Assembly (NCBI RefSeq): GCF_036365525.1 | Contig: NC_090409.1 | Span: 39,628,437-39,692,436 of the forward strand | Direction: 5' to 3' | DNA: 64,000 nucleotides | Source of the DNA: Heterodontus francisci | Taxonomy: Eukaryota | Shown: positions 35,536-48,330 of the stretch, piece by piece | Numbering within the stretch: position 1 is the first letter of the stretch | How the letters are laid out: each line of letters begins with the position of its first letter | The notes under the pieces: generated by a model | Databases searched by the model: none | Seen by the model: the letters and a program-made list of their open reading frames with translations, nothing else | Told to the model about the DNA's origin: nothing | Made by a program: the position numbers and the translations under genes

Positions 35536-37734
35536 TATATAAATGTTCCCAGGGATGAGGGACTTCAGTTAATGTGGAGAGACTGGGAGAAGCTGGGATT
35601 GTTCTCCTTAGAGCAGAGAAGGTTAAGGGGGGAGATTTAATCGAGGCGTTCAAAATCATGAGGGGGTCCTGATGGAGTAAATGAGGAGAAACTGTTCCCA
35701 GTGGCAGGAGGGTCGGTAACCAGAGGGACACAGATTGAGGATAATGGGTAAAAGAACCAGAGGGGGGGACAGGAGGAGAATGTTTTTGACGCAGTGAGTT
35801 GTTGTGATCTGGAACGCGCTGCCTGAAAGGGCGGTGGAAGCAGATTCAATAGTAACTTTCAAAAGGGGGAATTGGGGAAATACTGGAAGGGGAAAAATTT
35901 GCAGGGCGATGGGGGAAAGAGCAGGGGGGAGAGAGTGGGGTCTAATTGGATAGATCTTTCAAAGAGCCAGCACAGGCACGATGGGCCGAATGGCCTCATT
36001 CTGTGCTTTAAGATTCTATAACCTTTTGCTAAATATTCCACTGTTCCCCGGCTGGCCACCTCAGTAGCTCCAGGGATTGGGGGGATCAGCAAACCAAACA
36101 AAAAAATGCATTCCGAGAATTAATACAGGCAACTTTTATGATAAATATCTAAAGATGTTGGAGAATGTTCTTCGCTTCGTCACCTGAAGGAGGCGATGGT
36201 TACTCGGTTGGCTGTTGGGGTGGGGGTGTATGTGTGTGTTAGGGGGTATGGTACAGGTTCAACAGGTGTGGGGTAGCCTCCGGTAGGTAGCTATTTGACT
36301 ATGGAATGCAGCACTGCAGCTGAGACTGAGATTGTGAAGGGGGTTTCGATGGGGTAGACGTAGAGATGATGTTTCCACTTGTGTGGGGGGAGAGACCAGA
36401 ACTCGGGGCCATCAATATAAGACAGTCACTAATAAATCCAATGAGGAATTCCGGAGAAACCTCTTTCCCTGGAGAGTGGTGAGAATGTGGAACTCGCTCC
36501 CACAGGGAGTGGTTGAGGTGAATAGTATCGATGTATTTAAGGGGGAAGCTGGATAAACACATGAGGGAGAAAGGAATAGAAGGATATGGTGATAGGGTGA
36601 GATGGAGAGGGGGGGGTGGGGAGGAGGCTCGCATGGAGCAGAAACACCAGCACAGAGCAGATGGGCCGAATGGCCTGTTTCTGAGCTATGGACTCGATGA
36701 CTCTACCATAACCTGGGGTTGGCCTCCCCATTGGAGAGGAGATGGTGTCATGAGCAGTGAGCACAGTACAATGAGGTGGAAAACTCCCCTTTACTCTCCA
36801 CCGAGTCCCAATGGAATCTGGGTGTGGAGACGCTGGTCAAGCACAGGTTGAGTTTAAGTGTGATGCCTCCCACAGTCTGCCAACTGTACCTGTGCTCACG
36901 CCATTTGTGTTTGTCAATGGAACGGCCGAGATCCCCTGTGGGACTCAACCCCGTCAAGAGTTAGCACCTTCAGGACGGGAGGGTTGAGCAATCATTGGGG
37001 ATTAACCACCCCCCCCGCCCTCCTCCCTTCGCTATTGGTGAATGTGACTGACTGAGAGGGGCCGGGTGTTGCTTAAAGGGTTAATCTGCAACACTGGCCA
37101 GAAGACGTCTCTTGGTGTGAGGCAGGGGAAGGGTTAATCTCTTCCGATTCCCATCGCTCCACCATTGGTGGCCGTGCCTTCAGCTGCCTGGGGCCCTAAG
37201 CTCTGGAATCCCCTCTCTAAACCTCTCCGCCTCTCTCTCCTCCTTCAAGATGCTCCTTGAAAACCGACCTCGCTGACCGAGCTTTTGGTCGCCGGTCCCT
37301 AACATGTGGTTCGGGGTCAAATTATGTCTGATGTTCGCTCCTGTGAAGCTCCTTGGGAGGTTTGACGCTGTGAAAGGCGCTATATAAATGCAGGTTATTA
37401 TTGCTTGTCGGGTTTAGCTCCCATCGGCAAGTACAGGGCTTCCCAGAAACTCTGTAACTTTCCAGTGATGCAGGTAGAAAGCAGGAAGTAGAAATTCACT
37501 GGGTAAAAGTCCCTGTTCTCAGCAGTATCTCGTCATGTACTCGAGGGTCAAAAATACTATCCTTAAACTCTCCCCTTCCTTAACCTTCAACTCTTCACTG
37601 CAACTCTCTCAATTCTACATCAACACTTCTTTTGTGTGAGAAAATCGTATTCATTAAAAGGTGAGGAATGTTAGCGGCAAGAAATAAATCATATTCCCAA
37701 TTCAGGCATGTCTGTCAGGATCAAACACACCCAT

Positions 37735-37905
37735 GGGGGTTAGATACAGAGTAAAGCTCCCTCTACACTGTCCCCATCAAACACTCCCAGGACAGGTACA
37801 GCACGGGGTAAAAAAAACAAAAAACGGGGTTAGATACAGAGTAAAGCTCCCTCTACACTGTCCCCATCAAACTCTCCCAGGACAGGTACAGTACGGGGGG
37901 TTAGA
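37735..37905 (+). repeat. ~70-bp tandem repeat units (Tx1 target) with a poly(A)-only insertion at 37810-37824
   Basis: Unit ggggttagatacagagtaaagctccctctacactgtccccatcaaacactcccaggacaggtacagcac; further units at 38741-38812 and 42790-42820. Confidence 0.9.
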
Positions 37906-38740
37906 CCCAGGCCCCGAAACCCTCCTCAGGAGCCGGTCCCGCACAACCCAAGCCGCCTCTCGGAAATGCCCTCCGTGCCATTCCAATCGGCGCGAAGGGG
38001 TTTCCTGTATGGGCTGCTCTTGCACACTCTCCACTTCCTCGCCCTCGTCAGCTGGCCGGACACGCCCTGGCGGTCCGCGTTGCCATCTGGCGGCGAGGGG
38101 AAACCCCAATGGAGGTCTCTCTACGCGGGACTCTTCCCCCTTTACATCGGGGACCTGGGGTGGAGGGTGCTGCACAGAGCAGTCCCGTGCAATAGGCTTT
38201 TAAGTAGGTTCACGGACTCCCAGGCCGCCTGTACTTTCTGCGGCCTGGACGAGTCCGTGTTCCACATTTATACGGAGTGTGCGAGGTTGCAGCCCCTATT
38301 TGAGTATCTGAAGGGGCTGCTCCTCAAATTCTGGCTGCACTTCAGTCCCACGCTCCTGATCTTTGGGCACCCGGTGCGGAGGGGCTTGGGCCGGGAGGAG
38401 GATCTCCTCGTCGGTCTGCTCCTGGGCCTGGCCAAGGTGGCAATTCACAACTCCAGGTTGCGGGCCGTCGGGGGGTCCGTCCTCCCCGATTGCCTGCCCC
38501 TCTTCCGCGGTTATGTTCGCGCCCGGGTGTCCCTGGAAAAGGAGCATGCGGTGTCCGCCGGTACGCTTGAGGCCTTCCGCGACCGGTGGGCACCGCAGGG
38601 ACTGGAGTGCATTGTCGACGCCGAGAATGGCATTTTAATTTGAGTTTTTTGTTTATCTGGTTTTAATAAAGTTATTTTAAAAATATAAGTGTGTATATAA
38701 AGGGGGCCTGAGGAATAAAGGCCCCCTCGACAAAAAAAAA
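37906..38740 (+). mobile_element. 5'-truncated Tx1-clade retrotransposon (ORF2 C-terminus with Zn finger)
   Basis: DLGWRVLHRAVPCN...CTFCGLDESVFHIYTEC, poly(A) tail, 12-bp TSD cggggggttaga / cgggggggtaga. Confidence 0.9.
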
Positions 38741-38821
38741 CGGGGGGGTAGATACAGAGTAAAGCTCCCTCGACACTGTCCCCATCAAACACTCCCAGGA
38801 CAGGTACAGCACTGGGATTGG

Positions 38822-41800
38822 CTGGTCAATTTGGAGCACTTCCTGCCAGCACTCAGGGGGAGCAGCTGCACCTGTGTTGCAGCAACTGCAGAGTGGAGAA
38901 TGGAGAGTGGAGAGTGGAGAGTGGAGAGTGGAGAGTGGAGAGTGGAGAGTGGAGAGTGGAGAGTGGAGACTGCAGCAACTGGGGAGAGGAGAGTGGAATA
39001 ACTGCAAAGAGGTGACTATGGAGTGGAGACAGCTGCATTTACTGAGGAACTGTTGCACTTTTTCAAGGATTAAGAAGACATGCAAGTCATTTTGGAGAGG
39101 TGGGTGTTGGAGCACCAGAGAACTGTTGGTTGTTTGGACTGTTAGGGGAGGGAGGAGGCACCGGAAGATCCAGGGGTGGGGCTGCCAAATTCTATAGGGA
39201 GCCCCTGTATTGCTCCTGTGTTTATCTGCCATCCTGCACAGAAGGGGCTCCCTCCCCACCCCCAACTGTGTGGCTCGGGACGGCTGGAGCTGCCCGGCTG
39301 AAGACTAGCTTTATACAACAACAGAAAAGGGAGAGAACCGGGCGGCTCTAACCGACCCGGGCGAAGAGCCCTCCCCTAACTGGAAGATTGAACTGTAGAC
39401 TCTGCAGGAAGGTGCTCCAACCACCAAGTGAACTGTAACATCCTCGCAGCTGTTCTCTCTCTTCCATCACTCTGCCACCTATCCTCTACTCTCCTTGTCC
39501 TTTTCAACCCTATCCTCCTCTACTCCCACCCCCACCTCCCCCATCATATTGTTTGTGTTAAAGAAAACTGTTGTGTGCTTTGTTTCTTGGGGGTGGGAGT
39601 AGCTCTGCGACCCCATGGCAAGCCCCTCTTCGCCGGTGGCGGGGCCTTCCCGTTCATATGCTACTGCAGCTGCACCTGTTGCCCCGTCACCGTTTGCTTT
39701 ATTAACATCAAAGCATGGGGTCAAGAGCTATGTCCACCCGAACATGACTATCGAGGCATATATGAAAGCAATGGCCGAGGTTGTCGGCCCTTCGGCCATT
39801 GTTGCAGCCTCTAAAATGTACGGGAAGGCAGTGTTATTCCTGAGCACCGAGCGGGCGGTGTCCCTGGCTCTGAGCAAGGGGCTCACCGTGGGCGGGACCT
39901 TTCTGCCAGTGGACCCCCTAGAGGCTACTGCGCAAAGGCTCATTCTATCCAATGTCCCGCCCTTCATTCCTGGTGAGCTCCTCCTTCCCCACCTGCACCA
40001 TCTGGGGGAGGTAAAGACGGGGCTCACCCCAGTCCCGCTCGGTCTTCGGGAGAACAGCCTCCGACACGTGTACTCTGTCCGCCCCGCCAGTTATTCATGC
40101 AGCTGGCGCAGGAGGAGGTTACAGAGGGCCACTTTAATGTAGAATTCCAGGGGACGGCATACCGCGTCTTCTGGACCTTGGATGGGGTACAGTGCCATGT
40201 CTGTAAGGGGGTGGGGCAACTCCAACTCGGCGGCCCAGGGTGGCGCCGCTGCACCTCCTCCCGCCCCCCCACACCTCCACCAGATACCATTCAGTCGGTA
40301 CCGGAGGCTGTGGTTTTCACGGCCTCCGGCAGGGAGTGAGGTGACCGTCCAAGTGGAAGGAAGGCACGGAGGAGGAATAAAAATCGAGAGGCGTGTCCCC
40401 GGGACACCGTAACACTACCCGAGTCTGAGCTCAGCACAAAGCCCGATCTCGGGGAGTCAACTTGCCCCAGGGCTGGGCTCAGGCCCAGGGTGAATAGAAA
40501 AAAAGAGAGTGCGGAGGCGGAGGCCTGTGATGACATGGAGGTCTCTGAGCCTCTGCGCCCTGGTAGGAAAAAGAGGAGAAGGCACCCCTCCACAGAGGTA
40601 ATGAGGGGCCCTGAGGCGCAGGGCCCATCTATTGGAGGGGAGCTGTCTCCTGTCTCGGGTCCCCAGGTTTCCCCTACCGCCACCACCAAGGCTGCAAAGT
40701 CCGGGCAGGAGCACTCTATTCCTCAGGATGGAGGGGAGGGGAAGGCCCCGGTACTTGAGGCCCCTCCTGAAGGAGTAAGTGGGGCCCTGCTTGTGGTGGG
40801 GGAGCCTGGGGACTCCGCCCATTCTGCCACTGCTACTGGGTCGGGTGCCCTGAGTGAAGGGGAGGGCAAGGCCCCAGAGGGTCGGCCCTCCCAGCCGGAG
40901 TCCACCACCAACCAAGAGACACCCGACCCGGTTATAATCGAGAATGCTGCCCCATCTGCTGGGCCTGTGGGTGCTGCCGGAGCGGGAGATGGCCTCCTCT
41001 CTCCGCCTCCAGTCTCGGCTCCGGCTGGTTTTCCGGAGTCGGGAACTTCTGTCTCCCCTGGACCACTCATTGGCCTGGGGACGGAGGTGGAGGGGGGTCC
41101 TGAACCGCTGGTGCCTACAGGCTCCAGTTTCACAATAGAACCCAGAGAGGACTCCTCCGCCATCGATCCTGGGGGTGGGATCGTGACGGAGGCGGGACCA
41201 GCTGGCGCGGCCGGGACGTCCACCCCACAGTGTGCGGTGGGCGTGTCGGCCGCTGGCGGTGACGACCCGGAGGAGGATGGGGATTCGGTGGGGGGCACGG
41301 TGGATGATCTTGATTCCATCGCCAGTGAGGTGGTGGAGTCCCTCGTGCCTCTCACCGAATCTCCTCTCATCCCCATGGCGGAAGTCCGGGATTTCCTCGT
41401 GGTTTGCAGGGGCTTCAAAAGTAAAGTTCGGCTGGCCCTCGGCCGTTGGTCGAATCTGGCGCTGATCATCCAGTCCGTCCGTGCTGCCCTGAAGATAACG
41501 GGCAAGCGCGCGGGCGTGAAACTGGTTGAGAGGCGCCGTTTTAATGTGTTCCTCAATGGGTTGCTGGGGGAGTGGAAGGCCAGGTGCACTTCCACTCCCT
41601 CCTCACAGTGAGGTGTTTGTGACGGGTTTTAAGTACCTTTGACATGAAGATAACCATAGCCAGCCTCAACATCAACGGCAGCAGGGGGTCTCACCACCGA
41701 TTTCACAATCTCTCAGTCCTCAGGGAAGGGAGATACGCGGTGAGCTTTCTGCAGGAAACCCACACCGTTTCGGGAGACGAAGCCACCTGGCTCCTGGAGT

Positions 41801-42789
41801 GGCAGGGTGGGGTCTACATGAGTCACCTCACCCCTATTTCTAGTGGGGTGGCTATCTTGTTGGCCCCGACTTTTCAGCCGGAGATCTTGGGGGTCAAGGA
41901 GCTAGTGCCGGGCCGCTTGCTCCACCTTGCCGTTCGCCTGGGTAGCGTGCCGCTCCACTTTGTGAACGTGTACGCGCCCAGGCCCGGCGCGTTGCAAGCG
42001 CGCTTCTTTGAAGAAGTGTCCACTCTCTTGAGCTCCATCGATAGCGGCGAGTGCATCATCCTCGGGGGGGATTTTAACTGCACCCTCGAGGTGGGGGATC
42101 GCTCCGGTCCCCAGCGCGGCCAAGCATCGGTGGAGAAGTTGAGGGGACTGATCAGCTCCCTTAACTTGGTGGACGTCTGGCGGAATCTCCATCCCGACTC
42201 CAGCGCCTTCACGTGGAGGTCTGGAGGAGGGGGGTCGCGAATCGACCGCCTCTACATTTCGCAGGCGTACGTTTCCCGCGTCTCGGTGGCCTCCATGCGG
42301 CTGGTGCCGTGCTCGGACCACCACCTGGTGTGGGCGGAGTTTACTCCGCTCCGCACGCGGGCGGGTTCCGCGTACTGGCACTTTAACAACCGGCTGCTGG
42401 AGGACGTGCGATTTCGGGACTCGTTCTGTCGATTCTGGGCCGACTGGAGAAGGAAGCAGGGGGGCTTCCCCTCCTTGAGGCGATGGTGGGATGTGGGCAA
42501 GACTCTACTGCGGTTACCTTCGCGCCCGGGTGTCCCTGGAAAAGGAGCATGCGGTGTCCGCCGGTGCGCTTGAGGCCTTCCGCGACCGGTGGGCACCGCA
42601 GGGACTGGAGTGCATCGTTGACGCCGAGAATGGCATTTTAATTTGAGTTTTTTGTTTATTTATCTGGTTTTAATAAAGTTATTTTAAAACTGTAAATATG
42701 TATATAAAGGGGGCCTCAGGAATAAAGGCCCCCTCGACGTGACAAATATCAAAGGGGCCTGGGGTATCAAGGCCATCTTAAAAAAAAAA
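38822..42789 (+). mobile_element. Tx1-clade retrotransposon with 5' UTR, frameshifted ORF1, ORF2 endonuclease and internal deletion of RT
   Basis: ORF1 39615-41611 (SYATAA, LSNVPPFIP; frameshifts); ORF2 from 41644 with APE motifs SLNING, LQETH, NVYAP, GGDFN, SRIDRLY, SDH; jumps at ~42503 to the last ~135 nt of ORF2; poly(A). Confidence 0.9.
38891..38968 (+). repeat. (GGAGAGT)n heptamer repeat in the Tx1 5' UTR
   Basis: About 11 units. Confidence 0.9.
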
Positions 42790-42974
42790 CGGGGTTGGAT
42801 ACAGAGTAAAGCTCCCTCGAAATGACCCTGACAGTGTGTCGCTCTCAGGGCAGTAACAAAAAAAAAAGCTCGGTCAAAGACATCGGTTTCCAAAGAAGCA
42901 TCTTATCGGAAGAGAGAGAGAGGTGGAGAGATTGAGGGAGGAATTCCAGAGCTTCGGACCCCCCAGGCGCTGGT

Positions 42975-45900
42975 GGAGGTTACAGTGAGAGGGAGGGCTG
43001 TCGGGGCTGGAGGAGGTTACAGAGATAGGGAGGGTTGTAGGGGCTGGAGGAGGTTACAGTGATAGGGAGGGTCGAAGGGTTGGAGGAGGTTACAGAGATA
43101 TGGAGGGTCGAAGGGCTGAAGGAGGTTACAGAGATAGGGAGGGTCGAAGGGCTGGAGGAGGTTACAGAGATATGGAGGGTCGAAGGGCTGAAGGAGGTTA
43201 CAGACATAGGGTGGGTTGAAGGGGCTGGAGGAGGTTACAGTAATAGGGAGGGTCGAAGGGCTGGAGGAGGTTACAGAGATATGGAGGGTCGAAGGGCTGA
43301 AGGAGGTTACAGACATATGGAGGGTCGAAGGGCTGAAGGAGGTTACAGACATAAGAAGGGTCGTAGAGACTGGAGGAGGTTACAGTGATAGGGAGGGTCA
43401 AAGGGCTGGAGGAGGTTACAGAGATAGGGAGGGGTGTAAGGGCTGGAGGAGGTTACAGAGATAGGGTGGGTTGTTGGGCCTGGAGGAGGTTACAGAGATA
43501 GGGAGGGTCGAAGGGCTGGAGGAGGTTACAGAGATAGGGAGGGTTGTAGGGGCTGGAGGAGGTTACCGAGATAGGGAGGGTTGTAGGGGCTGGAGGAGGT
43601 TACAGAGATAGTGAGGGTTGAAGGGGTTGGAGGAGGTTACAGAGATAGGGAGGGTTGTAGGGGCTGGAGGAGGTTACAGAGATAGGGAGGGTTGTAGGGG
43701 CTGGAGGAAGATACAGAGATAGGGAGGGTTGTAGGGGCTGGAGGAGGTTACAGAGTTAGGGAGGGTTGTAGTGGCTGGAGGAGGTTACAGAGATAGAGAG
43801 TGTTGTAGGGACTGGAGGAGGTTACAGAGATAGAGAGGGTTGTAGTGGCTGGAGGAGGTTACAGAGATAGGGAGGGTTGTCGGGACTGGAGGAGGTTACA
43901 GAGATAGGGAGGGTTGTCGGGGCTGGAGGAGGTTACAGAGATAGGGAGGGTTGTCGGGGCTGGAGGAGGTTACAGAGATAGGGAGGGTTGTAGTGGCTGG
44001 AGGAGGTTACAGAGATAGGGAGGGTTGTCGGGACTGGAGGAGGTTACAGAGACAGGGATGGTTGTCGGGGCTGGAGGAGGTTACAGAGATAGGGAGGGTT
44101 GTCGGGACTGGAGGAGGTTACAGAGATAGGGAGGGTTGTAGGGGCTGGAGGAGGTTACAGTGATAGGGAGGGTCGAAGGGTTGGAGGAGGTTACAGAGAT
44201 ATGGAGGGTCGAAGGGCTGAAGGAGGTTACAGAAATAGGGAGGGTTGTCGGGGCTGGAGGAGGTTACAGTGATAGGGAGGGTCGAAGGGCTGGAGGAGGT
44301 GACAGAGATATGGAGGGTCGAAGGGCTGGAGGAGGTTACAGTGATAGGGAGGGTCGAAGGGCTGGAGGAGGTTACAGAGATAGGGAGGGTTGTAGGGGCT
44401 GAAGGAGGTTACAGTGATAGGGAGGGTCGAAGGGCTGGAGGAGGTTACAGAGATAAGGAGGGTCGAAGGGCTGAAGGAGGTTACAGACATAGGGAGGGTT
44501 GAAGGGGCTGGAGGAGGTTACAGAGATAGGGAGGGTCGAAGGGCTGGAGGAGGTTGCAGAGATATGGAGGGTCGAAGGGCTGAAGGAGGTTACAGACATA
44601 TGGAGGGTCGAAGGGCTGAAGGAGGTTACAGACATAGGGAGGGTCGTAGAGGCTGGAGGAGGTTACAGTGATAGGGAGGGTCGAAGGGATGGAGGAGGTT
44701 ACAGAGATAGGGAGGGGTGTAGGGGCTGGAGGAGGTTACAGAGATAGGGTGGGTTGTTGGGCCTGGAGGAGGTTACAGAGATAGGGAGGGTCGAAGGGCT
44801 GGAGGAGGTTACAGAGATAGGGAGGGTTGTAGGGGCTGGAGGAGGTTACCGAGATAGGGAGGGTTGTAGGGGCTGGAGGAGGTTACAGAGATAGTGAGGG
44901 TTAAAGGGGCTGGAGGAGGTTACAGAGATAGGGAGGGTTGTAGGGGCTGGAGGAGGTTACAGAGATAGGGAGGGTTGTAGGGGCTGGAGGAAGATACAGA
45001 GATAGGGAGGGTTGTAGGGACTGGAGGAGGTTACAGAGATAGAGAGGGTTGTAGGGACTGGAGGAGGTTACAGAGATAGAGAGTGTTGTAGGGACTGGAG
45101 GAGGTTACAGAGATAGGGAGGATTGTAGTGGCTGGAGGAGGTTACAGAGATAGGGCGGGATGTCGGGGCTGGAGGAGGTTACAGAGATAGGGGGGGTTGT
45201 CGGGGCTGGAGGAGGTTACAGAGATAGGGAGGGTTGTCGGGGCTGGAGGAGGTTACAGAGATAGGGAGGGTTGCAGTGGCTGGAGGAGGTTACAGAGATA
45301 GGGAGGGTTTTCGGGACTGGAGGAGGTTACAGAGATAGGGAGGGTTGTCGGGGCTGGAGGAGGTTACAGAGATAGGGAGGGTTGTCGGGACTGGAGGAGG
45401 TTACAGAGATAGGGAGGGTTGTCGGGACTGGAGGAGGTTACAGAGATAGGGAGGGTTGTAGGGACTGGAGGAGGTTACAGAGATAGGGAAGGTTGTAGTG
45501 GCTGGAGCAGGTTACAGAGATAGTGAGGGTTGTAGGGGCTGGAGGAGGTTACAGAGTTAGGGAAGGTTGTCGGGGCTGGAGGAGGTTATAGAGATAGGGA
45601 GAGTTGGGGGGGCTGGAGGAGGTTACAGAGATAGGGAGGGTTGTAGTGGCTGGAGGAGGTTATAGAGATAGGGAGGGTTGTCGGGGCTGGAGGAGGTTAC
45701 AGAGATAGGGAGGGTTGTTGGTGCTGCAGGAGGTTACAGAGATAGGGAGGGTTGTTGGTGCTGGAGGAGGTTACAGAGATAGGGAGGGTTGTTGGTGCTG
45801 GAGGAGTTTACAGAGATAGGGAGGGTTGTCAGGACTGGAGGAGGTTACAGAGATAGGGAGGGTTGTCAGGACTGGAGGAGGTTACAGAGATAGGGAGGGT

Positions 45901-47455
45901 TGTCAGGACTGGAGGAGGTTACAGAGATAGGGAGGGTTGAAGGGCTGAAGGAGGTTACAGACATAGGGAGGGTCGTAGAGGCTGGAGGAGGTTACAGTGA
46001 TAGGGAGGGTCGAAGGGCTGGAGGAGGTTACAGAGATAGGGAGGGGTGTAGGGGCTGGAGGAGGTTACAGTGATAGGGTGGGTTGTTGGGCCTGGAGGAG
46101 GTTACAGAGATAGGGAGGGCCGAAGGGCTGGAGGAGGTTACAGAGATAGGGAGGGTTGTAGGGGCTGGAGGAGGTTACCGAGATAGGGAGGGTTGTAGGG
46201 GCTGGAGGAGGTTACCGAGATAGGGAGGGTTGTAGGGGCTAGAGGAGGTTACAGAGATAGGGAGGGTTGTAGTGTCTGGAGGAGGTTACAGAGATAGGGA
46301 GGGTTGTGGGGGCTGGAGGAGGTTACAGAGATAGGGAGGGTTGTAGGGGCTGGAGGAAGATACAGAGATAGGGAGGGTTGTAGGGGCTGGAGGAGGTTAC
46401 AGAGTTAGGGAGGGTTGTAGTGGCTGGAGGAGGTTACAGAGATAGAGAGTGTTGCAGGGACTGGAGGAGGTTACAGAGATAGGGAAGGTTGTAGTGGCTG
46501 GAGGAGGTTACAGAGATAGGGAGGGTTGTAGGGGCTGGAGGAGGTTACAGAGTTAGGGAAGGTTGTAGGGGCTGGAGGAGGTTATAGAGATAGGGAGGGT
46601 TGGGGGGGCTGGAGGAGGTTACAGAGATAGCGAGGGTTGTCGGGGCTGGAGGAGGTTACAGAGATAGGGAGGGTTGTCGGAGCTGGAGGAGGTTACAGAG
46701 ATAGGGAGGGTTGTAGTGGCTGGAGGAGGTTACAGAGATAGGGAGGGTTGTCGGGACTGGAGGAGGTTACAGAGATAGGGAGGGTTGTCGGGGCTGGAGG
46801 AGGTTACAGAGATAGGGAGGGCTGTCGGGACTGGAGGAGGTTACAGAGATAGGGAGGGTTGTCGGGACTGGAGGCGGTTACAGAGATAGGGAGGGTTGTA
46901 GTGGCTGGAGGAGGTTATAGAGATAGGGAGGGTTGTAGGGGCTGCAGGAGGTTACAGAGATAGGGAGGGTTGTTGGTGCTGCAGGAGGTTACAGAGATAG
47001 GGAGGGTTGTTGGTGCTGGAGGAGTTTCCAGAGATAGGGAGGGTTGTCGGGGCTGGAGGAGGTTACAGAGATAGGGAGGGTTGTTGGTGCTGGAGGAGTT
47101 TACAGAGATCGGGAGGGTTGTCGAGGCTGGAGGAGGTTACAGAGATAGGGAGGGTTGTCGAGGCTGGAGGAGGTTACAGAGATAGGGAGGGTTGTCAGGA
47201 CTGGAGGAGATTACAGAGATAGGGAGGGTTGTCAGGACTGGAGGAGGTTACAGAGATACGGAGGGTTGTCGGGACTGGAGGAGGTTACAGAGATAGGGAG
47301 GGTTGTCGGGACTGGAGGAGGTTACAGAGATAAGGAGGGTTGTAGGGACTGGAGGAGGTTACAGAGATAGGGAAGGTTGTAGTGGCTGGAGGAGGTTACA
47401 GAGATAGGGAGGGTTGTCGTGGCTGGAGGAGGTAACAGAGATAGGGAGGGTTGAA
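42975..47455. repeat. ~4.5-kb 36/37-bp G-rich minisatellite seeded from an L2 3' end (~120 units)
   Basis: Unit ggaggaggttacagagatagggagggttgtaggggct; L2 remnant at ~42855-42975. Confidence 0.95.
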
Positions 47456-47489
47456 GTCATGGAAGGATTGGAAAGTATTTTACAGATGA

Positions 47490-48330
47490 TGAAGTTTTTT
47501 TTGTAATGTAGGAAATGGGGCAGCCAATTTGAGCACAGCAAGATGCCACAAACAATCATTGGGCAAATAGTTTGCTTTTTTTAGTGCTGTTGGTTGAGGT
47601 ATAAATATTGTCCCCAGGAGAACTCCCCCCCACCCCCCTGCTCTTCTTCCAAATAGTGGCCGTGGGATCTTTTGCACCCACCTGAGAGGGCAGACGGGGC
47701 CCTAGTTCAATGTCTCATCTGAAAGATGGCACCTCCGACAGTGCAGCACTCCCTCAGTACTGACCCTCCGACAGTGCAGCACTCCCTCAGCACTGACCCT
47801 CCAACACTGCAGCACTCCCTCAGTACTGACCCTCCGATAGTGCGGCACTCCCTCAGTACTGACCCTCCGACAGTGAGGCAATCCTTCAGTACTGACCCTC
47901 CGACAGTGCAGCACTCCCTCAGTACTCTACCTCCGACTGTGCAGCGCTCCCTCAGTACTGACCCTCCCACAGTGCGGCTCTCCCTCAGTACTGACCCTCC
48001 GACAGTGCGGCACTCCCTCAGTACTGACCCTCCGACAGTGCAGCACTCCCTCAGTACTCTACCTCCGACTGTGCAGCGCTCCCTCAGTACTGACCCTAAG
48101 ACAGTGCGGCACTCCCTCAGTACTGACCCTCCCACAGTGCGGCTCTCCCTCAGTACTGACCCTCCGACAGTGCAGCACTCCCTCAGTACTGACCCTCCGA
48201 CAGTGCAGCACTCCCTCAGTACTGATCCTCCGACAGTGCGGCACTCCCTCAGCACCAACAATGGGTGCGTCGGCCTGGTATATGGGCTCAAGACTCTGGA
48301 GCGGGTTCTCGAACCCACAGCTCAGAGGCC
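47490..48330 (-). mobile_element. DeuSINE with ~15-unit 33-bp array
   Basis: Tail, Deu domain, array ~47730-48250, degenerate head. Confidence 0.85.

Noticed and set aside
32280-37700. Expected miR-34b/c cluster upstream of a BTG4-like gene
   Set aside because: No GGCAGTG-seeded miR-34 hairpin found by eye; a miRBase/Rfam search would be needed to exclude it fully.
40723-41595. 290-aa antisense ORF within Tx1 ORF1
   Set aside because: GC-rich low-complexity shadow of the sense ORF.
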